Source: Octopus vulgaris
Taxonomy: Eukaryota
Assembly (NCBI GenBank): GCA_951406725.2
Contig: OX597837.1
Span: 43,586,001-43,650,000 of the forward strand
Direction of reading: 5' to 3'
DNA length: 64,000 nucleotides
The notes under the pieces: model-generated
The model's database searches: none
Told to the model about the DNA's origin: nothing
Seen by the model: the letters and a program-made list of their open reading frames with translations, nothing else
Program-made: the position numbers and the translations under genes
Shown: positions 1 to 13,857 of the stretch, piece after piece
How positions within the stretch are numbered: the stretch's first letter is position 1
Layout: the number at the start of each line of letters is the position of its first letter

Positions 1-283
1 CATACATTCTTTAGCACGGTGGTCCAAATGTTACACAGTTACTGTGTCCTTATGATTAATGCATATGAGGTGGTTGTCTACTCCTTATGCAGAGTTCGAC
101 TACCTCCTGTAGCTTCACCTTAGAACCATCATGTTATCTGATGCGGCTTTTTAAACCAGATAATGTTTTGAAATGACACCCACAGAGATTGCACATCCGA
201 TTTAGACCATCAAGAGCTGCAGATAAGCTCTGATCTTTTTTTAATATATATATTTTACATATATTTTTTCTAATATATATATG

Positions 284-472
284 AGGAGAGTTTACGAAAA
301 AAAACAAAAGACGAAGACAGGTGGTGTACAAAACAAACAGATGTATTAGTATAACGCGCAGGAATAGAAAAAGTCTTTTACGTTTCGAGCCTATGCTCTT
401 CTATAGAAAGATATACAGAAAAAACAAGGAGAGAAATAAATGCGTGTAGTGACTACCGATCTATCATGGCGA

Positions 473-475
<3 letters not shown>
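284..475 (-). mobile_element. Short (TA)n-embedded repeat with minimal hammerhead-like motif (family H1)
   Basis: Minus strand reads TCTTT-CTATAGA-A-GAGC-ATAG-GCTC-GAAAC-GTA-AAAGA. Homologous to copies at about 7.0, 18.7, 30.4 and 50.1 kb, and flanked by (TA)n. Confidence 0.7.
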
Positions 476-515
<40 letters not shown>

Positions 516-910
516 CATATATGTATGAATATAAATATATATGTGTACGCATAAACATATATATATATATATATATACACATATATCAACACACACACAT
601 AAATACACGCATACATACATACACTCACAAGCACGTGGATATATATATATTTGTCCGTCTCTGTGTATATATATATACTTTGCTTATATAAATATATATG
701 TATGCATGTATATGCGTGTGTGCATGTATGTCTGTATGCATGTGTGTGTATGGCAGCATGTCATCACATATATATCTGCGCATGCAATTGTGCTGCTTAC
801 ATACACATACACACACAGTCAAACACATTCATATATGTGTGTTTGTGTGCACGTGTGAGAGGGTGTAAGTGTGTGTATGTATATATGTGTGTGTACTTAT
901 ACGTGTGTGT
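476..910. repeat. Compound (TA)n/(CA)n/(TG)n microsatellite field, representative of dozens across the window
   Basis: Directly visible dinucleotide and tetranucleotide runs. Confidence 0.95.
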
Positions 911-1205
911 ATATCTTTATATCCACATTTATGCATTGGCGTCTTTTACAGAAAGTGTGATATGGAGATCAACAACAAAAAAAAAAAAAAAAGAGAAAGA
1001 AAACTAACTTTAAGCGCTCTTGTGAGCTGTTGCTATACTTTGTTTCCAATGAGAGAATTGGTGATTTGGGACGATATAAGAGGCTTATATATGCCTTTCT
1101 TTAACAGATTTCAAATTTATGAAAATTTTGTATTTTTCTACATTAGATGCGACCCATTTTCCAGAAGTATTTAAATATTTATAAACACATACACACACAC
1201 ATGCT

Positions 1206-1265
<60 letters not shown>

Positions 1266-1382
1266 GATTATGTATACCTGTATAAGTATATTTATATACT
1301 CACACACATATGGATATATGTTCATTCTCTCTTCTTGTTTCTTCTTCCCGCTACATACATACATACATGCATACATACATCC

Positions 1383-1516
<134 letters not shown>

Positions 1517-1615
1517 TACACGGTATACACACACATACATATATATATGTATATATATATATATATATTGCCTACACGGTTCATGCTATATCGATACCAT
1601 AATGTTATTCGCTAG

Positions 1616-1655
<40 letters not shown>

Positions 1656-2004
1656 GATGTATATACGTATATACGTGCATACATAAATATATATGTATGT
1701 ATATAGTAATGTATATCCACGTATGTATATGCACAAACACGTGTGTTTATAAGTTAAGATGGCGGTAGAAAAATGTAAGAGAAAAATATATTTTAAACGC
1801 TTTGCTTCTGATCTTCGCGCGAATATGCCCAGTGGAAGGCTTAGTGAATGCGTATATGACTATATATACATACATGTATAAACTAGTATATCACATAAAT
1901 GGATGCGTAGAGAGATAATAGAGATGTAGTACTTGACTTTCCACTTTATTTTCATCCATTTTAAGAATTTATTTTCATATACCACCCCTTCTACACACGC
2001 ACAT

Positions 2005-2072
<68 letters not shown>

Positions 2073-2371
2073 GTATATGCATGTTCTTGATAAATGCATT
2101 TTTATTTTTTGACACTCGCATACGTACGCAACAGTCAAATATCAGAAAGATACATAAACATACATGCATTCACACGTACCCACAGACACACACGCACACA
2201 CACTTACATAAACATACACAAATATACACACAAATATATAAACACAGAGACATATACACACACATGTATAGTTACATCGGTTTTAAAGAGAAAAGAATTC
2301 TTCAGAAAGAATTAGAAAATTATATATATATATATATTACATGTGTATTTTATTGCGTAGAAGTGTATGTT

Positions 2372-2417
<46 letters not shown>

Positions 2418-2871
2418 TCTATATACTTATGTATGAGCGTGAGTATATTTGTGTGCTAGTGTGTTTATGCTAGGTTCATCTCGTTCATTCCATTTTATCG
2501 ACTGTAAAGAAGAATTCACTCTTGGTGAAGTTATTTGGTTAAAGAGCTTTGAAATTTCTCTTTTTATCTTCTGTCTTTACATACACATACACACACACTC
2601 ATGCATACACTCACGCACACACAAAGAAACATACAACGCACTTACAAATACAACTCAGACCTACATATAACATATACATATACAGTAATGCTTATGCCAA
2701 CACATACACACGGATATATATATATGTGTGTGTATGTGTGTGTGAATACGTGGTTTTTGAGGTGATCGAAGAAAATGGAACTTCCTGTGAGGTGTTGGTA
2801 TCTATGCATGTGTTTAAGAAATATCTTCGGAATTAGAATCAATATCAACAGAGGTTCGATAGATGGAAGCC

Positions 2872-3122
2872 CCTCCGTCAGTTACAACGACGACTGCTCC
2901 AGCAGATTCGATCAATCGAAGAGGATGCTCGAGAAATTAATGTGAAAGTGAATAAGTATTTCACAGACACGCGTACCTTTAACGTAATTCTCTGGAAGAG
3001 TCCGCATCGTGACAAAATATACAAGGCCAGCCCTTTGAATTACGGGTAGAACTCACTTTTGCCAGCTGAATGGACAGGAGAAACGTGAAATAAAGTGTCT
3101 TGCTCAAGGACACAACGCGCCA
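2872..3122 (-). mobile_element. Degenerate SINE, family D (Nin-like tail)
   Basis: Similar to 16445-16626, 32365-32469 and 42951-43259 (caaggccagccctttgaa; cacagacacgcgtacc; gaaattaatgtg). Confidence 0.65.
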
Positions 3123-3249
3123 CTAAGTTCCTGGACTAGTTCTTTGGCGCGCTAACAGATGGCAGCACAAAGTTGCGTGCGCAGTGAGTGTTAGCAGTGT
3201 GCTTCAAGAGACAGATGAACATATATATATGTATATATGTGTATATATG

Positions 3250-3283
<34 letters not shown>

Positions 3284-3289
3284 TGTATG

Positions 3290-3332
<43 letters not shown>

Positions 3333-3403
3333 TATATATCTACCTTCTCTATAATGTTGCCACTTGATATGAAAATTTTTATATTAATGGAAAACCTCTA
3401 TAA

Positions 3404-3489
3404 TTGGCTGATGAGTACTCGGCAATTTAAATCTGTTGTAATACTTACAACATTTAATAAAATGATGTAGTACGAAACGATTGTACCAA
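3404..3489 (+). ncRNA. Type I hammerhead ribozyme motif
   Basis: Stem I TTGG/CCAA; core CTGATGA (3408-3414); stem II GTACT...AGTAC with an inner TGTTGTAA/TTACAACA hairpin; GAAAC (3474-3478)-GATT-GTA cleavage triplet (3483-3485). Confidence 0.85.
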
Positions 3490-3629
3490 ATAACCGGAGT
3501 CATTCTTGTTGCTTATTTTGATTATAATCACCCCGCAGATTTCTATGGATAACACCATACAGAATTCTGGTGCATCTAAATTAAGTACCTATATTCATTT
3601 GAATCTAAATTTTTGCTGAACTTATATAT

Positions 3630-3669
<40 letters not shown>

Positions 3670-3672
<3 letters not shown>

Positions 3673-3795
3673 GACCTTTCAGTTTTCGCCTACCAAATTC
3701 ACCCACAAGGCGTTGGTGGGCACGAGGTTATAGTAGAAGACAACCATGTGGTTGGGAAGCAAGCTCCTTAACACATAGCCACGCCTTCGCCTGTG
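3670..3795 (-). mobile_element. SINE family B, 5' fragment
   Basis: ttcagttttcgcctaccaaattcacccacaagg...accatgtggttgggaagcaagc matches the full copies at 32.6 and 40.0 kb. Confidence 0.75.
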
Positions 3796-4019
3796 ACTAA
3801 TTATGAACAAACCGCCCTGTATCATACATCGAAATGTAGATAACTGAATCTATCTTAAAGAAATAAACAGGCTATATTTGTTAGACTACTACACACAACA
3901 CAGTCTTCCTCTCTTGAAAAAAGAATTCGAGCACCATGTGTGCCTTATATTCTGTCTAAAGTCAGCGCAGCATAAGATTCGCTTCAGCCTGACTGACGAT
4001 AAACTTGGTGTCGTTGCGT

Positions 4020-4330
4020 GAAATCGTCTGTTGTCTTCTTGCAAAACTTTTTGATTTACATGTTGTTTGAAGAGTTCGGAGGTAATTTCTTCACGCGTCC
4101 TAAGAGAAACACAGTGAAGAGAATGTACCCAACGTATTGGGAAAAATTCAATGATCCATAGAAAGTTCACACAATCATTTTATTCCATTCCTGCTGTAGA
4201 AGTCCGAACAGATCACCATTCGATCTAATTCATTACGTCCAATTTATATGTTCACCGTTTTCATCAATGACAGCTCGTTTATCTCTTTTCTAAATAATGA
4301 TGTCAGCAGATACACACGTGATGTCATTGC
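4020..4330 (+). pseudogene. Possible highly decayed LINE reverse-transcriptase fragment (CR1/L2-like)
   Basis: LAKLFD-like word at about 4040-4056, then MFTVFIND...NNDVSRY about 195 nt later. This spacing matches KAFD to LFxIFIND in CR1-type RT. Stops and frameshifts are present. Confidence 0.3.
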
Positions 4331-4764
4331 TACTGGCAACATTTTACTGGAGTTCTACTGGCTTCCGTATCCCGGAAGACGAACTGAAATGATGGTTTCC
4401 TCTCACAAAGAATCGCAGAAGACGGAGAGAAATGATAAAACCTTGTTGCAACACCATTCAGGGATAAAATGTAAGGAAGGAGAGAAGGATAAGACAGATG
4501 TTACAGCTTTTAGAGTGTTTTACTTAACTGTGATAATTTAGCGGCTCTGATTGTACGAGTTGTATTCGGTCTTTGTGGTATTGTCATAAAGGCCTTCATC
4601 TACCGGAGGGTAGCGGTGTTCCATAGTACAACAAAAATATACAGACATACAATAATATCTAGCTTTAATTTTCAAAAGTCTTAATATCACGAAGAACAAA
4701 CTGCACATACATCACCATATATATATATATATATATGGGGTGTGTGTGTGTGTGTGTATGTGTA

Positions 4765-4920
4765 CGCGCAGGCTTGACTGTGTGGTAAGAAGCTTGCTTC
4801 CCAACCACATGGTTCCGGGTTGGTTCCATCGCATGGCACCTTGAGCAATTATCATCTTCTAGAAGCCTCGGGCCGACCAAAGCCTTATGAGTGGATTTGT
4901 TGGCGAAACTGAAACTCGTA
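4765..4920 (+). mobile_element. SINE family B, 5' half (tRNA-like head, CORE-like segment)
   Basis: cgcaggcttgactgtgtggtaagaagcttgcttcccaaccacatggttccgggtt...gggccgaccaaagcc. Confidence 0.8.
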
Positions 4921-4964
<44 letters not shown>

Positions 4965-5111
4965 TAGAGAAAAACGACTATTATTTAATTCAAACAATGA
5001 TAGACATAAACCAAATCATAAAGAAAAAATAAAATATGTTATAAAACATATAACTAGATCACAAAATGTACAAAAAAGTGAATAAACAATATATAATTAG
5101 TAATAAGTAAT

Positions 5112-5158
<47 letters not shown>

Positions 5159-5159
5159 C

Positions 5160-5217
<58 letters not shown>

Positions 5218-5222
5218 CATAC

Positions 5223-5262
<40 letters not shown>

Positions 5263-5275
5263 CATACATACATAC

Positions 5276-5309
<34 letters not shown>

Positions 5310-5770
5310 CGTCACAATGAGGATATTTTGACCTCTTATAGGGATATTTTCATCAAAGGTATACTAGTTTAATATATTATATTTTGAAGAGATATTTCTT
5401 CAATGAATATATTATATAAAATATCGTAAAATATCAAATATTATTATTAAGTTTGAAAATCGAGAGATCAAACGGATACAAATTAACCAACAATTGTTTT
5501 GTTTTTCGAACAAAGTTAAAACTACAAAACCTATTTAAATATATAATTTTGCGTTTTATAATGGCCTAGATGCAGAAATACACGAAGGCTAATACAAGGA
5601 TTACTCAAAATATATTCTGATGATTTTCTATCCAAGGTAGTTTAAAATGCGAAACTATGTATTTATATATGATTTTCGTACTTATAACTTTCTTTTTTGA
5701 AATAAAACAATTGAACGTGAATACGTTAATAAATAAATTAATATGTAACCATTAGATCTCTCTTAATTAT
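5310..5770 (+). mobile_element. AT-rich (TA)n-flanked unit with degenerate hammerhead motif
   Basis: CTGATGA (5617-5623)...GAAAC-TAT-GTA (5651-5661) with imperfect stems I and II. Ends TCTCTTAATT next to (TA)n, like the 62 kb unit. Confidence 0.45.
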
Positions 5771-6149
5771 TATATGTATGTATGTATGTACGTATATATA
5801 TACATATATATATTATATATATATATATCTTTATTTATTTATACACGCATATATATATATATAAAATAATGTTTATATTCGCCCATTTTACAAGAAACGT
5901 AATCCAAGCGAGGTGAAGAGTTAAAGAAGATTACCCATAATGCAATAGCATGTCTAGAGCGACACAGATCAAAACATCGATGTACGTTGATCGACATGTG
6001 CATTGACACACGCACAGAACACTAGACATAAATACACAGAGACACACAGACACAAGCACACGCACGAATATGTAAGATATATGCACACATGTACTAGGTG
6101 CACGTCAGGTGTTTTTGAGATTTTTCTCAGGTGAGACATTTACTAATTT

Positions 6150-6400
6150 CAAATAAGTACAAAATTTCTATCTCCTTCAATGCACTTGTTGTAGATCTGT
6201 TATTTCGTGAAGGCCCCATGGAAATCCTCCAAAGGGAAATTGATCAGAACAATCGTCACAGCTCCATCTACTCAATGTCTACAAAATGACTGCCTCTGAG
6301 ATATTGGTCAGATTGGGGGAAAAAAAGCTCACAAGGAGCAAGGTTTCCACTGTAAGGGACAGTTCTGATGCCTATGTCTGTCAGGAGGGAAGTGTGACAA
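6150..6400 (-). pseudogene. Mariner transposase C-terminal remnant
   Basis: Minus-strand translation across frameshifts: IGIRTVPYSGNLAPC...LRGSHFVD...FPLEDFHGAFTK...YNKCIEGD (degenerate YSPDLAP motif). Confidence 0.65.
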
Positions 6401-6623
6401 TCAGCGTTTAGTAGGCTGCCACAAGTAAGGTGTGTGCAAAGCGCTATTTTGGCCGTCTTGTTTTATCTGGAATTGAAAAAGAAAATGTTTGGCATATCGG
6501 TTTATTAGATGCATATTAATGATATACCGAAATTAATATGATCTAGAACAGTTATATCTGCATCTTCTTAGGAGGTCTCAAAATTTAAGGAATGCATCTC
6601 GTTGATAGATAGATAAATAAATT

Positions 6624-6679
<56 letters not shown>

Positions 6680-6708
6680 CACTCAGACAGACAGACAGAC
6701 AGACACAC

Positions 6709-6753
<45 letters not shown>

Positions 6754-6781
6754 GTATAAAGGGAGAGAGAGAGAGAGAGAC

Positions 6782-6920
6782 ATAGCTTGCTTACCAACCA
6801 CATGGTCATCGGTTCAGTCCCACTGCGTGGCAACTTGGGCAAGTATCTTCTGCTATAGCCTCGGGCATGGCCCCAGCATGGCCACAGTCAAACAACTGAA
6901 AGAAGTAAAAGAGTAAGAGA
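6782..6920 (+). mobile_element. SINE family B, internally deleted
   Basis: Head and CORE-like part (cccactgcgtggcaacttgggcaagt) joined directly to the tail (ccccagcatggccacagtca...agtaaaagag). Confidence 0.75.
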
Positions 6921-6965
6921 ATAAAACAATCTCACATGAGTATTACTGCTCTTTATATATATATA

Positions 6966-7002
<37 letters not shown>

Positions 7003-7004
<2 letters not shown>

Positions 7005-7123
7005 AACTGTGTCCCTTTCTGTAGAAGAGCGTAGGCTTGAAACATAAAAGGCTTTTCTATTCCTGAGCGTTATACTAATACATCTGTTTGTTTTGTATAC
7101 CACCTGTCTTCTCTTCGTCTCTC
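7003..7123 (+). mobile_element. Family H1 unit with minimal hammerhead-like motif
   Basis: CTTT-CTGTAGA-A-GAGC-GTAG-GCTT-GAAAC-ATA-AAAG between (TA)n tracts. Confidence 0.7.
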
Positions 7124-7674
7124 TATATATATATGTATATATACAGATAGATAAATTGATATATACATACATACATTCATACATACATACATGCACATAC
7201 ATTCATACATACATACATACATACATACACACATACATACATACACATATACATACATACGTACATACATACACACACACACATACATACATACATACAT
7301 AAATAAATACATACATACATACATACATACATACATACATACATACATACATACATACATACATACATACGTACGTACATACATACATATGCAGCTAGAT
7401 AGATTCATTGAGAGAAAGAAGAGGAAAGAAAATGGTGATCATTTAATCACAATAATTGTAAATAATCCGACGAGTCGGTTGTATGGCGTAAATATATCCG
7501 GTTAATTGTTTCCTGACTTGGAAACAAGCTTCTGCTTCTCTTGATAGAAGTCATAGAAATTCTTCGAAACACACGCTCGTACACACACACATACATACAC
7601 ACATACACACATACATACATACACATGCATACAAACATACGCACCCACACAAGGACGTGTGTGTGTGTGTATGT

Positions 7675-9118
7675 ATTCTTTGTTACTCGTTTCTGTCATT
7701 TGGCTGCGGCCATGCTGCAGCACCACCTTGAAGTGTTTTATTCGAACAAATCGACCCCAGGACTTATTCTGTATAAACGTAGTACTTACTCGATCGAATC
7801 TCGTTTCCTGAACCGCTAAGTTACGGGGACGTAAATACACCTACATCGGTTGACAAGCGATGGTGGGGAGGATAAACACAAATTCAAGGACACATACGCA
7901 TTAATATATACATACGCACGAACACACATGCATACACACGTACATATATACACATGCACACACACGTACATACACGTACACGCATACACACCCACACACG
8001 GACGTATATGTATATGTATTCCTTATTACTTGCTTTAGTCATATGACTGCGGCCATGCTGTAGCAACACCTTAAATGGTTTTAGTCAAACAAATCCATCC
8101 AGTCACCAGGACTTATTCTTTTTAAATCTAGTACTTACGGGGACGTAAATACACCAACATCGGTCGACAGGCGATGGTGGGGATGGCAAACACAGACACA
8201 AAAACACATAAACATGAATATATACATACACATACACACACACGTGGGCTTCTTTCAGTTTCCGTCTACCAAATCCACTCACAAAGCTTTGGTCGGCCTG
8301 AGGTAATAATAGAAGACCCTTGCCCAAGGTGCAACGCTGTGGGTCTGAACCCGGAACCATGTGGTTGATAAGCAAGCTACTTACCACACAGCCACACCAT
8401 ATCTATATCTTTTTATGTTTTACTTGTTTTAGTTATTCGGCCATGCTGCAGCAACGCCTTGAAAGGCTTTTAGTCAAACGAATCGACACTAGTACTTATT
8501 TTCAGAAGCCTGGTTCCTTGGTTTATCGCTTTCTTTCCATCGAACTGTTAAGTAATGGGGACGTAAAGAAATCAACACCTGTTGTCAAGCGTTGCGGAGG
8601 ACAAATACACACAGACACATACGCACACACTTACACACGCACATATGCACACTCACAAGCACACATGCGTACGGGCATATACATACACGCATACACACCG
8701 CACGCACATACATACACACGCACTCACAGACACATACATACGCACACACACATACACACATACGCACGAACGCACACACACACAGACACAAACACACAAC
8801 CACACACACACAAACACATACACACACACACACCAACACGCACACACAAACACACACACACACACAAATACACACACAAACACACGCGTACACACAAGCA
8901 CACAGACACAAATACACACACACACACATAGATACAAAGAGAGCAAGGGTCTGAGAGAGAGCACGACAGCTTTTTTTCAATTTCCGTTCGTCATATTTAG
9001 TCATTAGGCTTTGATCGACCCGGGGCTCTTGTAGAGAAGACAGTTGTCCAAAATGCCACGCAGAAACCACGTGACTCGGAAACACAGTTTTCACCACACA
9101 GCCACGCCCACGCCTATG
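7675..9118 (-). mobile_element. Cluster of three co-oriented family B SINE copies or fragments with expanded internal (CA)-rich tracts
   Basis: Tail motif gcggccatgctg at about 7707, 8049 and 8438; heads at about 8395 and 9115; about 340 bp of degenerate (CA)n inside the last copy. Confidence 0.75.
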
Positions 9119-9413
9119 TATTTTCAATTTGCTAATGACCACACGGACACTCGTACACTGCTTGTTGTCAATATATTTATGAATTCATTGATTCGGTGAA
9201 GATTTTCGCTAAACTCCTGTCGCCTTCTTAATTAATTCTCAATCATTAGTCACAGGGCAATCATTGTAAAAGCAACAGGACGATAGTATTAACTAACCGA
9301 ATTGTTTCGTTAAAGTGAAGTGAAGTGAAATCATTGAAGCATCACATTTGCGTGTGTTTAAATTTTTTTGTTGGCAGACTGACCGTTCCAAAATGCATTT
9401 ATATTTATATATG

Positions 9414-9480
<67 letters not shown>

Positions 9481-9659
9481 GGTTTGGAGATGATGTGCAG
9501 GTATTTTATATTAGAAGAAATGAGGTACTCAGAAATTCGGATGGTTTTATATTTACAGATATTTATTTGTATATTACATGATTTTATACATCATATAACT
9601 TATATCCTATATCATATAATAGCGCTTTCGTCCATTCTGGTGGCGTTTTCAAATTGAAC

Positions 9660-9700
<41 letters not shown>

Positions 9701-10825
9701 ATATAATATAAATATTGCATTTTTAAATCTCTCAGATTTATACAGTAGCAGCACAATAAAGTGATGGCATGTTGTCAACTTAATGGGATAGTAGCATGAA
9801 AGGGAAGAATGGAACTGCTATTTAGCCCTAGGAAACACCGTGTCCTGTTGGCCATGACACATTTTCTGTGTTCGTATGTTTATAAAGGGGGAGATAAGCA
9901 GACCCACCTAGCAAAGCCATCATCTGGAGACTAATTTAAGAGTCATTGCTTATATATGTATATATATATACATATATAAGAATGTACACATGCGTGCATC
10001 AATATCTAAAACGCGCTTCTGCAGTGCTTTTGTGTGTTAAATTTATCTCATTTGGCATTGAGATGTGGCATTCGTCTATAAACCACAACTTGTGTTGCAA
10101 TTTTTGCTTTTTCTTATTTGGTGCTTAGATGTAGATCAGTTCCCGTCAAACTGAGCTATAAACACATAAGAACTCTGCAGTGGCACCACCGTAACTTTTA
10201 AAGAACTCTATTACCAAATTATGAACCGGGTTCGTCGAATTTTTTTTTTTTTTCATATTGTAATGCGTGATTTGAGAGAAATATCGCTGATATTTTTCAC
10301 GTCATGTTTTATTATGGATCCTTTCTTCGCGGTGGCCCACTTTACCATTAACTGTGCATGGTATGAGAAATAAAGAATTCTGACAAATGAAAAAGAGGAG
10401 GATTTAGTTTTGAAGATTTCAAGTATGGTCTTTGAATTAGTTCTTAAAACAGGTGCACGGTGTAGATTTCGAATCGAACCCGTCGACGCTGAGATCCATG
10501 ACCGACCATTGCCCCCGCATTTTACCGGATTTGGACTCTGCAAATATACTGTGGAAGCGTGGAACCAATAGATGAAGATCTATTTCACAGGATGGCATGG
10601 GAAGAATTAGAATCAAAAGCGATATATTAATTCGCAGAGCAAATATTTACACACTGGCTTAAAACCAAGTATTGTAATCAGGTCTTTGTCAAGTTCCATT
10701 AATTTCATCCGATGCTATGGAGATGAAGATATTTATATTGATTCTATGTCAACAGAGGCAAGAAGTAACACTGCGAGGAATACCGAGAAACAAGGGGGGG
10801 GGGCAGAGGGGGGGGGAAGAGAGAT

Positions 10826-11274
<449 letters not shown>

Positions 11275-11635
11275 TAAAGCAAAAACAAAAAGAAATAAAC
11301 CGAGTTTTGCTGAATTCTAGATTAATCAAACTAAAAGCGTTACTTACATCGCATCGTTCTCCATATTAGTGTAAATCGATGATGGTTGGGTGTGGTGTGG
11401 TGGGGTTGGGGTGAGGTGCGGGTGTAGAGCAGGGTGGGGGGGTATGGAGGTGAGATGGTGGTGGTGGTGGTGGTGGTGCTGGTTGTGGTGGTGGGGTTGC
11501 TGTGTGTATGCTGGAACTGACGAGTAGATAGATACTGGAATGGATGTTTAGAATTGATGTTGGATTTGATGCTGGTTGGTGTCGCCGTTACGGTGGTCTC
11601 TAAGCGACGGAGTGGTGACATACAAGACCGGGGAG

Positions 11636-12271
11636 GCTGGTGATGGTGGTTGGAGGTGATGGTGGTGATGGTGGTGTTGAAGGTGGTGGTGGTGGTGGTG
11701 GTGGTGGTGGTGGCGTTGAAGGTGGTGATGGTGGTGGTGGTGGTGGTGGTGGCGTTGAAGGTGGTGGTGGTGGTGGTGGTGGTGGTGGTGGTGTTGAAGG
11801 TGGTGGTGGTGGTGGTGGTGGTGGTGGTGGTGGTGGTGGCGTTGAAGGTGGTGGTGGTGGTGGTGGTGGTGGTGGTGGTGGTGGTGGTGGTGGTGGTGGT
11901 GGTGGTGGTGGTGGTGGTGGTGGAGGTGATGGTGGTGGTGGTGGTGGCGTTGGTGGTGGCGTTGGTGGTGGTGTTGGTGGTGGCTTTGGTGGTGGTGGTG
12001 GTGGTGATGGTGGTGTCGATTTTGATGTTGATGCTGATGTTGATGCTGACGGTCACGATGAGAATGATGATGCCGATGATGCTGATCATGGTGGCAGTGG
12101 TGCTGATGGTGGTGCTGGATGGTGGTGCTGGTGCGGCTGCCGCTGTTGATTATGATGGTAGAGGTGCCGGTGATGATGACGATGATAAGAATGGTGCTGT
12201 TGCTGCTGCTGCTGCTACTGATGATGATGATGATGATGAGGATGATGGTAGTGGTGATGAATGTGATGATA

Positions 12272-12307
<36 letters not shown>

Positions 12308-12340
12308 GTGGTGGTGTTGAAGGTGGTGGTGGTGATGATA

Positions 12341-12390
<50 letters not shown>

Positions 12391-13085
12391 GGCTTTGGTG
12401 GTGGTGGTGGTGGTGGTGGTAGTGGTGGCTTTGGTGGTGGTGGTGGTGATGGTGGTATTGGTGATGGTGTTGGTGATAGTAGTGGTGGTGTTGATGATGA
12501 TGATGATGGCAATGCTGTTGATCACGATGACATTAAGGGTGGTTCTGACTGTGGGCGTGAAAATGAAGATAATAACAATGGTTTGGAATGTGTAGGCAGT
12601 GATGATGAGGATGGTGGTGTTGATGATGATGATGACGATGCTGATGATGATAGTAGTGGTGGCAGGGTTAGTAGTGGTGGTAATAGTAGTGGTGGTAATA
12701 GTAGTGGTGGATGGTTGTGGTAACAGATGCTGAAGATCCGGAAGACGACGACGAAGCTGTTGACTTTGATAAGTACGGGAAGAAATATGAGGAGGTTGAG
12801 AGTTACGATGACGACGACTACGATGACAGCGACGATGGTGATGATGATGATGATGATGATGATGACAATGTGACGATGACGATGATGACGACCATCATCA
12901 TCATGTTCATGATTATGAAGATGATGAAGATGACGTTGATGATGATAATGATGATAATGGTGGTGGTGGTGGTGGTGATGTTAATAACGACGACGACGAT
13001 GACGATGGTGATGATGATGATGATACAGTGGTAGTAGTTGTAACAGTAGTGGTGGCAGCAGCAGTGGCAGCCTTCAAAACAGCAA

Positions 13086-13142
<57 letters not shown>

Positions 13143-13400
13143 AAGCGATGATGTTGAATGTTTAGCAAGCTAACTGATGATGATGACGCTGATGATGATG
13201 ATGATGAGGAGGAGGAGGAGGAGGGGGAGGGGAGGAGGACGGCGACGACGACGACGACGACGACGATGACGATGATGATGATAATTATGATGGTAATATG
13301 GACGACGAAGACGCCGACGGCGTTTTTTGACGACGATGATGACGATGATGATGATGGTGGTGATGATGACGATGATGATGATAATGGTAGTGAGTTGCTG
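11636..13400. repeat. Compound trinucleotide field (GGT)n/(GAT)n/(GTA)n/(GAC)n/(GAG)n
   Basis: Directly visible, with recurring GCGTTGAAG interruptions. Confidence 0.95.
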
Positions 13401-13822
13401 TTGGTAGCGATGGTTCCAATGGTAGTATTTGTAGCAATGAAGAGAAAATGGCGGTTTCCTTGATGACGAGCGTCGTGGAGGAACGGGAAGAGGAAGAGAG
13501 GTGAACGAGTAAAAATTTGAATTAGTTGTTTTTGCTATTGCTTATGTTGTTGCTGTTGTTGTTACTGCTTATATAGTTGTTGTTGTTCTTTGTGTTTTGC
13601 ATTGATGTTGGTTGTGATAATGGTGTTGCTGGAATGAATCCATGATGATGATTGCGGTAACGATAATCGATCGAATAGAATCGAAATGGTGGATATTATG
13701 ACTGAGTTTTTCTTCTCTCACTCTTTCTGTTGATGATGATTTAGTTTAAACCCCGGGTCACCATGACCGACAGAGCTATGATCAAAGATGAAATGGATGT
13801 GAATTTTCGGACTTTGTGCGTG

Positions 13823-13854
<32 letters not shown>

Positions 13855-13857
<3 letters not shown>

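Noticed and set aside
3992-4030. CTGACGA...GAAA...GTC hammerhead-like match
   Set aside because: Stems I and II are not complementary.
3889-4090. Minus-strand terminal exon candidate after tcttcactgtgtttctcttag
   Set aside because: No recognisable protein and no partner exon. The plus strand has RT-like words suggesting a decayed LINE.
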